DNA of 64,000 nucleotides from Nageia nagi (taxonomy: Eukaryota; Plantae; Pinophyta). Where the stretch lies: NCBI GenBank assembly GCA_050084985.1, contig JBITNC010000001.1:68014001-68078000 (forward strand). The letters are read 5' to 3'. The position numbers and the translations under genes are program-made. The notes under the pieces were generated by a model. It was not told the DNA's origin. It worked only from the letters and a program-made list of their open reading frames with translations, and did no database searches. Positions 40,270 to 53,466 of the stretch are shown one piece after another; position 1 is the stretch's first letter; each line of letters starts with the position of its first letter.

Positions 40270-42749
40270 AATATTATAATAATAGGAGGGTACAGTTTTA
40301 AGGATAGGAGTATGTAAATATAACATAGTATTGTATAAGGGAACTCATATTATATTATTGCATTGTATATGGGAGACATAATGTAACGGGATGATGAATG
40401 GCTGATATTGGCCAATATCCCTTAGTTATTCAAGGTGATCTTAGGCTTCTCTATCATCAAGCTTTGGCATTTATGGTACTATTATTTGGTGACCTGCAAA
40501 TAGTTAAGAGATGCCACTGTAATATCATCATGGAAGATTTGTAATTGTAGCTTTAAGTGTTGTAATTTGAGATTTGGTTCGCCCCTAAAATTGGCTATTA
40601 GAATGATTCCTTCCTTAAGAATTATTTATGGGTATTCTCAAATATCTAGTACGCCATTCTAGTGTAATATTTCTTCAATTTTGCATTATTTTGATAATAT
40701 ATTGTAGACACTTAAAAATTGCAATTTAACTATCTAAAATGACTTTATTGGGGCCCACTTTGGGCTACTCTAACTTTAGTGAAATTGTAATGTCCCCAAT
40801 TATTTCCAGCATTGTAAATATCATATTTTCATGTTTAGTATGTGTTTAAGGTCCTTTAGGAGAGGGAGTCCACCCTTCAGAGGAGAATAAGTGTTTTTTG
40901 TTATGTATTTTGTAAATGTCTTCGTAAGTTGAGTTAGTGATGTGTTTAGAGGAGTGGTAAAATAAAGACTAAGCATTATTTAACTGTCTAAGCAAATGTA
41001 TTTGACTTGGTAGACTTGTGGACCCCAATGTCAACTTAGAATGTTAGTAAGTAATATTAGGGGGTCAGTAAGTGAATTATAAGAGTTTTAAGACAAAGTG
41101 GGCCCTCCCAAGGTGAGACCTGGAGTCCTAGTGATGAGATGAGCATGCCAAGGGGGAAACGTGGGTTCCCAAGTCCAGATATGCACCTCTAAACCTGACA
41201 TCAGCCTCTTAAGAGTTATTTGGAGGTGTCTAAAGCCATGAACTTGAGTTTAAAGCCCTGTTTGCAAGCTAGATGTGGGTCCAAGAGCATTAATCCAGCC
41301 ATGCGTTGGGATCAGAGGCTTCATCTAGCCATTGGAGTCACTTGGTGATTATTAAATGCATGAGGCCTGATTTCATTAATTCCAAAGCCAGATCTACACC
41401 ATTCACAAGCTCATGATTGATCTGATGGTGGTGATTTATTCTTCACCTAGGGTTCATTGTTATATAGGTGAAGAGCTTGTCGTTTGCACATATGTTTGGA
41501 TTATCATTTGTTATCTTTGGAGATTATTGCAGTGAGCAATATCTTATTTGTTGGAAACCCTAAGGTACTGCAAATCCTTTAGAGACTTAAGGTTATCAAA
41601 CCTTGAGCTCATTTCCTGTTGGTGGACCTAGTTCAGGGTTCACACCTATGCATTATTGGAAAAGGAAGACATTGGATCTTCAGATCTGAAGAGTTCTCAT
41701 CCTCAAGGTGGGACGTACAGCCCTAGAGGGGCAAATTCTGCAGTTTGAAAGCAAATTTGGCTTCAGCAAACCAACAATCTTTGTAAGAGCATTAGAGTCC
41801 TTTACTTGGTCATTCCTAGCCAAGCTCTAGGCCCTAAGGCTAGATCTGATGTATTGGTGGTCATTTGCTGTTTTGAAAAGTCTCACCTATCTCCTTGAAT
41901 AGATCAGGACTGTACTGCTCTTTTGTGATTGTTTTGTGGAATAAAAGTCAGTATCACTGCATTTTACTGTGGAAATATCAGAACTGTGTTTTGCTGTTTT
42001 TCTGTGTTTTTTTTCGGCTGAGTTATTACAGAAATTTTCTAATTTAGTGTTATCTTATGTGTACATCATCCTAGATGGTTCCACCTAGGCTAACTCAAAA
42101 GTAGATTCCTCAAGCTTATATAAATCAAAAAGCAAATGTTCATTTGATCTTCTTGGGATTTCGTTCCAATGTTGCATATACTCTTTATCTTCAAAAGCCA
42201 TAAAGCTAAAATCTTTTGCAAGATCTATCATATTCTTCGCTAGTATTTCCTTGAATCAAATTTGCAAGCATTGAAGCTGAATTCCACAAGAAGCATCAAC
42301 AAAAGTTTGCTACATCTCCAAATTCCAAAAACCCCAAAAAGTGGGTGTTCTTCACCTCATGTTCCTGAACATAGGCAATTTGGCCCTCAAGCTAGATTGA
42401 CCTCAAACCAATTCTAAGACCCAAATCCAGCCCGATATCGTTTATATTTATCATTCGCTCAACTCACTAATTCATCCAATGCTCCAAAGTACGAAGTTCA
42501 TCATCCAAGATCACAAGTTGATTGCCAAACTGCCTCCAATCCACAATCTCCAAATAAATCTTCTCTATATCTCCTCTCCAAGTTTTTGAAATACCCCAAC
42601 TAGCTAGATCTGATTCTTATATATTGCTATTAATCTATTTTCATTTTGTAGATAAAATTAATTGCAAATATTTTAATTCTGTCTTTATTTTTGTCTAAAA
42701 TATTTTGGAGTATTTTGTATTTCTACTATTTGTATGTTGTTTAATAACA
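40270..42749 (+). mobile_element. Old LTR-like sequence hosting the solo LTR at 40786-42030
   Basis: Its 5' part is homologous to 32950-33480. It ends AATAACA at 42749, followed by a weakly PBS-like AGTGATAATGGAG. Confidence 0.45.
40786..42030 (+). mobile_element. Solo LTR (Gypsy-type), 1245 bp, TSD GAAAT
   Basis: TGTAATGTCCCC...TTATTACA termini; identical 5-bp TSD GAAAT at 40781-40785 and 42031-42035; no internal domains. Confidence 0.9.
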
Positions 42750-42764
42750 AGTGATAATGGAGTT

Positions 42765-44450
42765 ATTTGGTTCACACATTGTCCATGGCTCTCATTTTGG
42801 CAAATGATCATGTCGAGTTGTCCCACTTAAGATTTCTCCCTTTTGAATTGCAGTGTCAGATTTCTTGTCTTGTCCTTTGTTTCATTGTGATGCTAACAAA
42901 TGCTAGGCTTCTCCGTCTTGTCCTCCAACTGTTCTCCTCAATGTTCATGGTGTTGGTGCAAGCATCATCCACATTTTGCAAACAAAACCATCTCATCATC
43001 AATGTATATATGTAACCCTCCTGTCGACATTTCATAGTATGGTTCGGGCCATGGGGTTCATGCCTCATTGAATATCTTATCTTCTAAACCCAAAAATGAA
43101 TCCTTGCACACTTTACTCTTACTTCAGCCTTAGGAACTACTGTTTATTATTTAGCTTCTTCTCATACACATTTAAGTACTATTAGTATTTTTAATCCTCA
43201 TTTAATCCCCAACTGGCACTGCAAATGAAAGGCATGAGGGGTTACCAAGGTTCCCGAAGTTTCATGGTAGCTTATCAGGCATACCACTCCTTTCATTCCT
43301 CCCCTTACTACGGGCATTTGTTCATTACAATTACCCTTCAGAACAAATGTTGGGTACCTAAAGCATTAGCCCATGTCGGAGGATCTCACCCGATGAAGAG
43401 TAACGTGCAATCGAGAGTTGTCCCGCATCGCATTCAACGTTCTAGCCCTCAAGGAGCCTGAACCGTCGACAACAATGCAATCATCTTGAATCATCAAGAA
43501 GCCGCAAGATAGCTTATATGGCTTCATATTAGGCTGATTATTCCACTCTAAAGTCTCCACATAGTTTGCCAACCACAAGTGAGCATAGCCCCAAGCGTGA
43601 GCATTGTAAGATGAATCTTGTTCTCATCAGTACTTATTTCCAGAAATGCCTCTAATAATTTGAGCCACACATCAACTTTGTGTAGGTTTCCCTTTGCTTC
43701 ATAATCCAGGCCATCACCTCAAACTTTAAGGGCTTTGCATTATTTTCTTTCTCCTCATTTGATTTATTTGGGTCAGCCCATTATGAAGAGCCTGCAACTT
43801 CCTCTAACTCAAACTCAAAAGGTAAAGGGATTTTGGGTCCTTTCCATTATTTTTCTTCTCTTTTATCTCCATCAGCTTGTTCGCCAATTTCATTACTCAT
43901 TGGAGTTGCCAAAACAATGCAACTCTGCATCAAGTCATCTGCAATTGCTACTCCCAAATGTTTCTTGGCTGCCAACCTTTGGATCTCCTTCGTAGCAACT
44001 ACCCAAGCAATATGTCTGCTTCATCATCTAAATCGGTATTTATGCTTAAAGTTTGTTTTTCCTGAACAGTTCCATCTGTAATCTGTCAAGCACTACATTT
44101 ATCTGGCAAACCAAGAGTGGCCCAATTGTCACCCGGCTGTGAATAGAGCGATCTTGAATACATTATCCTCCAAACTTTACATTTGACTTGAAAACTGACA
44201 TTGTATTTCCTTGAAGGATGTACTACCTCTGTGCCAAGGCTGGATCAACGATGTGACTTGACATGCCCCTGATAATCATTTCTTGTCTCTGCCCAGTTGA
44301 GGTCGGTATAGGGTACCACACATGCAGATCTCCAAACCTACCCCAAACTTCAGCCTTTGATGTCTCAAGTCAAACCCGATCTATATAGATCAGAAACCCC
44401 TCTGTAGACCTCACTGATTAAATAAACATTAGAATTAACATACAGTTATT
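42765..44450 (-). mobile_element. Decayed Ty3/Gypsy gag region
   Basis: Gag-like KVDVWLKLLEAFLE...KIHLTMLTLG (~43590-43680) and knuckle-like remnants at ~42780-42960. Confidence 0.5.
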
Positions 44451-44499
44451 GCACTAATCAAAGGATACATGAGAGGGATATCATTCCAAAATTTGATAA

Positions 44500-47400
44500 A
44501 GAAATTAAATCTAAAGTTTTGGTGGACAAGCTGTCACACTCTAGTGGTTAGAGCCTACAGGGACTTACCAAACGATACAGTTTGCCATTCTACACCTTTA
44601 TGGGCCAGCCTTGATCGGTGGCAGATATGTAAAGTGGCGGGGAGTTGGATGATCAGCCAGAACCTTGAACCAAAGGGATCCATACAAAAACACGAATTCC
44701 ATGTATATCTGTGATGTAGAAATATGACCAAGACTTCATCATCAACATTTGGAGGGACTATTTTCAACATAATGCCAAGGAATTGCACCAGGTTTAAGAC
44801 CAGCTCCTGCAATAGACAATGAGAAGTATCAATCCACAATATTCTTTTGAGTAATCAATGGGTACAGGGTAACTTTGGTGTTTAATTGTTTTTTTGGAGT
44901 TGAATCTAATGTTTGACAACATCGATAAAACCTTAGGTTCTATGGTTTGAAGAAAACCTTGCATGAAGATCCATTTAGGAACCTCTTCCAAGTAGACATG
45001 AACTTATCTTTTGTGAAAATGTTTGCAGGTGAATTTGAGTGGATTTAAATTTGCTTTATATGATCCCAAAATTATTTGTAGTCAAATAATAAGCAATTAT
45101 AACAGAATGAAATAAATCTAGGAGAAAACATCATTCACGAGAGAAATTATGAATAATCAGCATCATTATCGATTAGTTTTTGTTTTCAATTTCAAAACTA
45201 AGAAGTAAGATTCAATGTCACATAAATGACATAGAGCATCAGAATAGTTACAAACTTACTATACCAACAATTGAACAATGCATGAGTGTCAAAAATGTAA
45301 ATAACTTATGGAATTAAATTCAATAAATGGCATAGAACCAACTGAAAATAACAACCCACACTCTAGAGAATACTAGACTACCAGATATAAAAAGGTCATC
45401 AGCCTTAGATAGGGAGTGGGCAGTATTTGCGTTGGCTCAAAGCAACTCATTGCAAACAATACAAGTGTCAGTAGTACAACAGTCAAGACCAACTCACCCT
45501 CTTTTCCTCAATGTGTATGCTTACTTTAAGGACAGCATGCCTGTTTCTATAACATCTAAGAAATATACTTCATGGATGGCATAGCATAAGAGTTGATATC
45601 TGATCAAATGATTTAGTATCAATCCGATCCTTCAATAAAAATCCCTTCTATTTTCCAAGGCTTGAAGGTTGATTCTAAAATTCCAACAAATGAGGACCTT
45701 TGAATTGAGTAATTATTTATTTTTTGAGCAAAAATATCATATTGTAATAACAAAAATATTTTTTCGAGATCAGCAGAGTGCACACAGAAAGATATGCCAA
45801 ACCAGAAAACCTCTTCTTCATGTGGGAATTCCATATAATATCCTCAGGAATTTAGATTCAAAAAGAGATATCTACCTACATAGACAACAATCAAATGTAC
45901 TACTTCAAATCTTTTAAAGACTAAGATACCAAACAGCATGATTAAACCCCAAGAGGGGCCAAAAATACAAGACTAAATCATATGAAGTCCTTACAAGTAT
46001 CCATGGCAACAGCAATTGCATTACTTGGGCCACCTCTGGAGATGCCTCTGTTGATAGGGAGATCAGGCAAGCATTCCTGATATCCAAGAAAATAAAAAGG
46101 GGATTTTCTCTTACTTTGGTATGTCATGGTCCCATAAAATAGATCAATCATCATTCCATTGTTTGTCTCCAGAATCCAACGATGCATAAGCTAGACCATC
46201 TGTCATCGTTTCCACTTGCATGGAATATGGTTAAAGGGTAATAAAATGTCTTAAATGATAGCTTGGCTTTACCATTGGCAATTGCTGAACCCTTTACAAT
46301 ATCAAAGATGAGCTTTATTTCAGTAATTCAGAGAAATGTGAATCTAGGGTTTTCGGCTTCCTAGATTACACCCACTTTTCACCTATGATTTTCACCCACT
46401 CCAAATCTTTTTTCCTTCCTGCTTGTTAGTTGGAGTCTGTCTTGAGTTTCTATGTTTGTTGGAATCCCAGATTCTTCTGTGCTCAATCCCTTCATAGGTT
46501 AGAAGCCTCCATGTTGAGGTTTTCCCTTTGTAAAGCCTACTGTAACCCTGCAACTTTGCTGAAGTGAAGAGAAATATAGATAAATATTGATCATGAGGTT
46601 GACTCCCTGGATGCAGAATTATCACTTACTCTAGGCCATAAAGAGACAAATCCTTTCCTGACAAATATGGTTTCACAGAATCTTCACCTCATTTCCAAAC
46701 CTAAGTGCATTTAAAATCAATGTTGCATGACCTGCATGACCACCATGTGTCTCTTGTTGAGTCCTTTGGTGGTTTTAACTTTTCTAAGCCTGCGGTGCAC
46801 ATTTCTCTTGATTTTATCAAGCCCCACTGAACTACCGTTCCTCATACCCATTCAGCACCAAAAACAGATTAGAGACTTGTTTTTTACACTTTTGATTACT
46901 CTCCCACCTGTTATGGCTTTGGTTAGTTTGGTCTCCTCATGGTTGAAACTCTACAAATCCTTCCTCATCTCTTATGTTCCCCGATTACCACCCCATTTTG
47001 AACAGTTGATACTGGGTTTCTAGCTACTGCTTCTGTTGGGGAAGGTTTATTTATGGGACAATCCCATGCAAAATGTCCATAAGCTGGCAATCTTTGCACT
47101 AAAGGGGGATTGCTTCATAATCTAGAATTTAAGTCCAAATATTTCTGCAATTTTGAAGTCAAAGATCTTAGGAATAGGCTGGTAAATGTCCATCTCCACA
47201 CAAATTCGGGCATAGTTCATGAGACATTTTTTTTGGTTTATGGAGATTGAACCAATGAATGTCCCAAAAGCTATTGCTCATCTCCTTCGAAGCTTCTACT
47301 TCCACGATTCCAAGTGGTGGCAAAATAAGTGAATCCAAAATAGAACCCTGAACGGGAGTTCCTCACTTGCATTAGACCCTACATGCCATGTTTTCATTAA

Positions 47401-47800
47401 CACACATATCATGCCAAAACAATAAGGACCACCTTAAAAAACCCTCGTTCTATCTACAATAATTGATAAAGAAGCCAAAAAATACTTGTTTGCAGCTATA
47501 GCAATCTCCATTTCACCATCAAATTACCTAGTCCGCCTGGTCCAAGCATCTATCCATTCCAATGTTGTGCAAACCCCCACAAATTTGCAGATAAGTGTGC
47601 ATTTGGTTAGATAGATTATTCATTATATCTTCTGCTATTTCCTGCTCAACGGAATCAACAAAGACCTTTTTTTGGTACTGCAATGGAAACTTCCATTAAC
47701 CAAAGTTGGCGGCTTGAAAGATCCCAAACCAACACCATAATCCCTAGAACACAGCTAATGGATCAAACCAACACCATACCTAAGAACATCTCTGAAAAAA
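44500..47800 (-). mobile_element. Strongly decayed L1-clade LINE (ORF1 ~46700-47750; ORF2 remnants ~44500-46650)
   Basis: ORF1 YARICVEMDIYQPIP and knuckle CQ..GHFAWDCP (~47060-47220); RT-like INRGISRGGP...AVAMD; zf-RVT-like KTIKH near 44880. Confidence 0.65.
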
Positions 47801-48809
47801 CAACCATTTCCTTGGACACAATCAGGCTGTTATATAATAGTTAATATACAAATTACGTCATTTTAAAGTTTATAAATTCAACTATCTTAGAATAACCTGT
47901 TGGACAATCCTAAAACATAATAACTTTCATGTCTTTAAGTAATGAAGGGTCACCAAAATTGACACAACAATTTTTCTTTGAGAACACAAACAGCCAAACA
48001 ATTGTTTTAAAACTTCTTGTTGACATTTTATCCAGCTTCCAAAGGTGGTCGTTCAAAATACTTGACTAGTATTTTAGAAGCTCATGTTGATAAGCACATA
48101 ATGGACCAATGATCTACAGTTTGAGATTCTTTAATGAAAAAGCACTTAAGTTTCATACTTGTATTAGCTTGTGTATGTTCATCATGACAAATCAAGTAGA
48201 GTGGGGCACAAAAGTCGTACTCACTATATTCAACTGCAAGCCATATTTCAATTTCTAATACTTTCTTTTTTGGCAGTGGCTCTTGATCACAAGATAACAT
48301 GGTATTAATTACCTAATCCATGTAAAACCTATCTTGATGAACAAGAGTGGATAATATCAAAACATTATGACACAAGCCTATTATGACATTTCACCACTGA
48401 GCACTGTTATTAATTATTTTCTTTTGTTTATGAAATTGAACACCATATTACATGGTACTCAACTTTAATGACCAACTGTAATTTGAATTGCTAGATTCAA
48501 ACAATTACAATTTCTAGATCCTATGCTCAGAGGCATTTGAAAAGTTATTAACATATTCCCAAAGGTTGCCAAATTGTGTTTCCTAATAAGTTCTCCAGTC
48601 AAGGTTACACAAGGAGAAAATTAATTTCAGAGGGATGAAATGTATGCTTGAAGCCACATCCACTTTTAACTTCTAATTTGTCATTTTGCAGCTTCTATTT
48701 GAATTTTGTGGAATTATGTTTTCAATGCAAATCCCATATTGACCCTAAAATTGTGGGTCCAAAAGACTGTCCTCATCACTATAGGATATTGTTAAAGATG
48801 CAGTGCATT

Positions 48810-51800
48810 GAAAGAAAGAAAGTACATTAATGTCCTCGGGAGACCAAAGTGGTCAATGGGACTAGTAAGTACAATCATGATCGTGAAACTAGCAAGGCCC
48901 CTACTAGGCATCATCTAAAGAAAGCATAAAAGTGTGATATAAGCAAATACACCCGTACAAAAGGTCCAAATCCTAAAGAGAGGGAGGAACAAAATCATAG
49001 TAAGCTAGAGAGAAGTCATCCTAAACCTCTCCAGGTGAGGGAAGCAGGTCGTGCTCTCTATTGTACTGCTGCTGGAGAAGAAGGATGTAGTCAAATTCTC
49101 AACAAAATCTAGAAGCTCTGGATATGTCTCGTGGTCTAACGTAGGGGGAGTGGCTGCTCATCTTGGCGTCTCCTACGAGCACCCTCAGAAGAAGAGACTT
49201 AAAAGAAGGATGTAATTTGTCAATCCTTTGTCGATTGCTAGGCATGGGCTAGAAGATGCCTACGAAGAAGAAAGGTATCTCGAAAGTATAGAGCCAAGCA
49301 ACGCTGATTAGGGTACTAAAGGAATGCAATTAATGAACTGTGATAATCTCGAAAGAGGCAATGGTATTGGCCACGAATCTTGTAGTAAACCGACCATCAA
49401 AAGACAAAATGGTCTTTGAACTCAATCTCAAGAGAGCAAAGGCAATAAACTCGTAGATCTCGAACTATGTGGTGGTCGATCTCGATCCTCAACTGGTGAG
49501 AGCATACTCAAAACTATCCAAGGGGCATCCTCAATCCAAAGAGGACAAGTATGTTGATGTAACCAAGCAAGGTGATCAATCCTCTCTCAATCTGAAGGTA
49601 GTGTTGTGCAAAGTGATCCAACTTGGGCGTCAATAGCTAAGGTGGAGAAACCCAAATGGTCTAGATGAAGGCCCTATAATCACCAAGGTAGAATTTGAAG
49701 TGGAATCTGATGAGGTCGAATCCTCTGACAGTGAAGGCAATCTATTTGGAGAAAAGCCAAATCTTTGGAGCATCTCTATTGGAGAAAAGCCAAATCTTTG
49801 GAATCTGATGAGATAGAATCCTTTGACAGTGAAGGCAATCTATTTGGAGAAAAGCCAAATCTTTGGAGCATCTCTATAATCTCAACAAAATAGCATCGAT
49901 GACAACTCGGGGAAACTAGATTGATCGAAGAAGCCAAAGCTCTCACAAGGAGACTATCTAAATCACACCACAATCAGCTAGATTTTGAAGTTGGCCAAAG
50001 AAAGAGGACTATGTAAGCAAAGGCCCACACCTGAAAAGGCTGGAAACCAAAACTTGCAAGTATGGTAAGGTGTGGAACTATCCTCTTCCTCTAGATGGCC
50101 TGGGATAGAAAGGAACCCCATACCTCAACTCCATACAAAATTTTGGGTGTGACTGCAAAGTGGAATAGCTCTAGCTTGGACGAATGTCCTGAAAGTGTAA
50201 CTAGATCCACTGCCTTTTCAAGGTGAACCCCAATGGATTCTAGGAGCGGTTGTTATCCTCATGGAGAATCTAGGACTTGAAAAAAGCACTTCCAACTATC
50301 AAGTATATATAGGATGAGGTGGTCTCGATGATATTATCACAAAAGGTGATCTAGGTATGATCTAGTGTGACTCTCGACACATTGAAGGCCACTACCTTAG
50401 TCTTGCTAAGGTCCACTACAAACTCCTATTTAGCACTGAAAGCATCTAAAACATTTATCAAGCCTTGTAGACCCTTGACTAAGTGTGAAAGTAGTACAAT
50501 GTCATTTGCAAAGAGTAGAATGGATAATCAACTACCATGAAGGAGGCAACCTACCTCAAGCTTGATGGTCTCAAGGGATAAAGAACTCCAGCTCTTTAAT
50601 GTAAAGGCCGAATAAAGTTGGGGAGAGAGGGCAACCCTGCTTCACCCCATTCGTGCTAAGGATATTGTCTGAGAGTACCTTTGAAGTACAAACACAGCTT
50701 GAAAGAGTCTCATAAAGGGTCAATATGGTTGCGAATCCAGTCTCTAGTAATTCCAATCATCAAAGTCTATCCATGAGCCTATGTTGGTTACAGTGTCGAA
50801 GGCCTTCCTGAAGTCCACAAAACAACTAAAGACTTTCAGGATCTAGCCTCCTCAATAATTGCCCTGAGAGTAAAAATATGATCAATGGTGCGATGGTATC
50901 TACGAAAGACTACTTGGCCTCTTGCTCGAAACCCCCTCGCGTCTGCCATCTGGGAAATGTACTCCTCAATGATCATGGCATATAGCTTGGCCAAGGTGAG
51001 GCCAATCATGATAGTGTGGTAATTGCTCAGTTGTTGGGATCACCGGATTTGAAGATGGGGTGGATGATGTTGGAGGTCCAAGAAGATGGAAAACCTACGC
51101 ATATAACATTGATGAAGAGCTTCGAGAGAAAGGGGGGAGGGTGAATTTGGCATGCTTGAGGAACTCAACTTAGAGGTTTTCAATATCAGGAGCTTTTCTT
51201 GAGTTAAGTCTTTGAATGGCCAAATGGATGAGGGGGGGAAGAAGTCCGAAGTGAGAGGTCAGGTGAAACAAGTGGGTGGGGCATGGCCGATGATAGTGTA
51301 AAGGTTAGAGGCATACTCCTTCCAACAATGAAGAGAGATGGAACTCGTGATGTGTTTCTTAGGTAGGAAGGAATGTCAAAAGGATTTGCAATTGGAGTGG
51401 AGGGAAGCAATGACCTCTAATCTCCCTTTGGCTAAAAAGTGACGTTTCTTAGTCCCAAGGAGATAGTGGTAAGAGCGGTGGAGTGGAGAGGTGGAGAGGG
51501 AGCTGGGGTCTAATGCAATGGATCATTGGAGGCGAAGGTGGGAATCCTTACAATCAGAATCAAACCAAAAATTCATTGGATAGTATCCTAGTGGATGGAA
51601 GCAAAGGGGGGGCCAATTTTGTGAGAAAAGGCTTGGAGGGTCGCTGAGCGAAAGCAATTGGCCAGAAAGAGTGAATGGTCCTCAACTGAGGAGAGTGAAT
51701 GGAGGCCAATGAGTTTTTGTTGTAGGATATTATATAGAGAAGATCATTGTCCGAATCAAAGATAATGGTCGTGCAAGGGCATTGGGGTGGGTATGGTAGT

Positions 51801-52350
51801 GAGAGGGATGGCATAGGATGATCCAACAAAGAGAAGATGAGGTGTGAGTGATCTACAAGTGGGAGTCAAAGGGCAACACGAAAGGAATGGAGGTGCAGGA
51901 TGAGTGAGGGGCTGGAAAAGATGTGTAGCATACAACATTGGAACCTCTTGCGTGAGGAGAGTAGATGTGGTAATGAGATTTGGGGAACCAAGCAATACCA
52001 TTGAGAATTAGAAGATCATCGGTCTCACTGAACTCAAGGAGGAATCTCCTATAACCTGAGGGAGGTATAAAATCCGTTGAATCTCTCTAAAAAAAGTAGA
52101 GGACAATCAAGTGCTTGGAGATGTAGCAGATCAGCAATGCTATCAAAGTATAGGGTCTGTACATTCCCCGTTCTACCATTGAAATCACCCATCAACATAA
52201 TCTCCCCCTGAATGGAATATTTGGTAATCTCTGGGAAAATATCTATATAAGGGGACTGTTTTGTATCCTGAATAGCATAGCTCGAGGCTGCAGGTGGAAA
52301 GTAGCATCCAGTGGTATATAATCTCCTAATGAGATAAGCCCTCGCCAAAG
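48810..52350 (-). mobile_element. RTEX-like LINE, family B: 5'-truncated, nearly full ORF2 (APE-RT-CCHC), (TTTC)n tail
   Basis: GCYFPPAASSY...MGDFNGRTG (APE); NYHTIMIGLTLAKLYAM, IDHIFTLRAIIEEAR, FVDFRKAFDTV, GVKQGCPLSPTLFGLYI, LLFANDIVLL (RT); SHQLRIE and YYKIRGQYHCLFR (C-terminus). GAAAGAAAGAAAG at ~48810. Small internal duplication at ~49705-49875. Confidence 0.88.
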
Positions 52351-53466
52351 AGAACCTTTCTGACCAGTTGCTTGCATAGTTGCAAATCTGAGATCACATG
52401 AAAAGAAAGTATTGGCCATAACCTTGAAACATAAAACACTCATTTCTGCATCTGTCTTCACATGAAGATGGTTTGAGTTCACAAAAAACTGCAACCTTCA
52501 TAAACTCTGGAATGTGCTAATCAGATATGATTGACGACTGCAGGCAGTTTAATAAGTCTGATTTCAAAGGGAAAATCAAGTTCCTAGCCATTTATTGAAA
52601 GAAGAAATAAATATTAATAGCCCTTGCGATTCAAGAAATTATGAGACTTCTTGTACAGTTGTCTTTCTTACATATCTATTCTCTAAATTAAGTATCTCAG
52701 TGCATTTCGATCTATTGTACTCCTCACGCAAATCATATAAATTAGTAATTACAGAACTTAGATTTGCTGTAGCATTTCATATTCATTAGCTATCTACCTT
52801 ATACAGTAAACACTATGTCATTTCTTGGGAGATGGAACTCACAAAAAGCAGAAAGCATTGTCAGAACTTGCAAGCGATTAAGAAATTTTTCATGGTGACT
52901 TTTCAAGTAAAATACAGCATCCATACCTGGGATCTAGCCAACAATGGTTGTTGCATATCTCCTGTTGAAGAACATCTCCAACAGCCAAGCTCAGACTACA
53001 GCAGCTTAAAGTCCAGGTCATCGTTTGCACCATCAACCTCACCAGCTCAAAATCAGACTGGATCAGACCAGATTTATCTTGTGAAAGCAGCGATGGATTA
53101 CGATAATGACAAGACAATAATGTGTCCTAATTGGTTGTCCAGTACTCAATCAGACTTATCCCATGATGTACAAAAGCCTTTTGAAAGCAAAATCTATTTA
53201 TATCTTGTTTCTGAAAAAAATTCTTCTGGAAAAACTTAACATACCCACCATTTCACCATGAGTTTTTAAATTAAAACATTTTGCTATGAATGCATGATAT
53301 TGAAAGCCACGGCAACAGTTTAAAAGGTCTCATGCATAGAGCTTCTTCACTGTAGTTGAGCATAGGATCCACAAACGCTTCATACTATACATTCAAGCAA
53401 CTTGCATGCAGCGCAATCCAAAATGCTGGACTATCCAATTTTCCAGGATCCATGGATTAGCAAGAC

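Noticed and set aside
32950-42749. 32950-33480 and 40270 onward as the two LTRs of one element
   Set aside because: They are strongly diverged, with no matching TSD, clear PBS/PPT or retroelement coding sequence between them.
48082-48300. 72-aa minus-strand ORF as a possible exon
   Set aside because: No recognisable homology and no convincing pair of splice sites.
52832-53239. 135-aa plus-strand ORF next to the PPR gene
   Set aside because: No recognisable domain; antisense to the PPR 3' UTR; probably a chance ORF.
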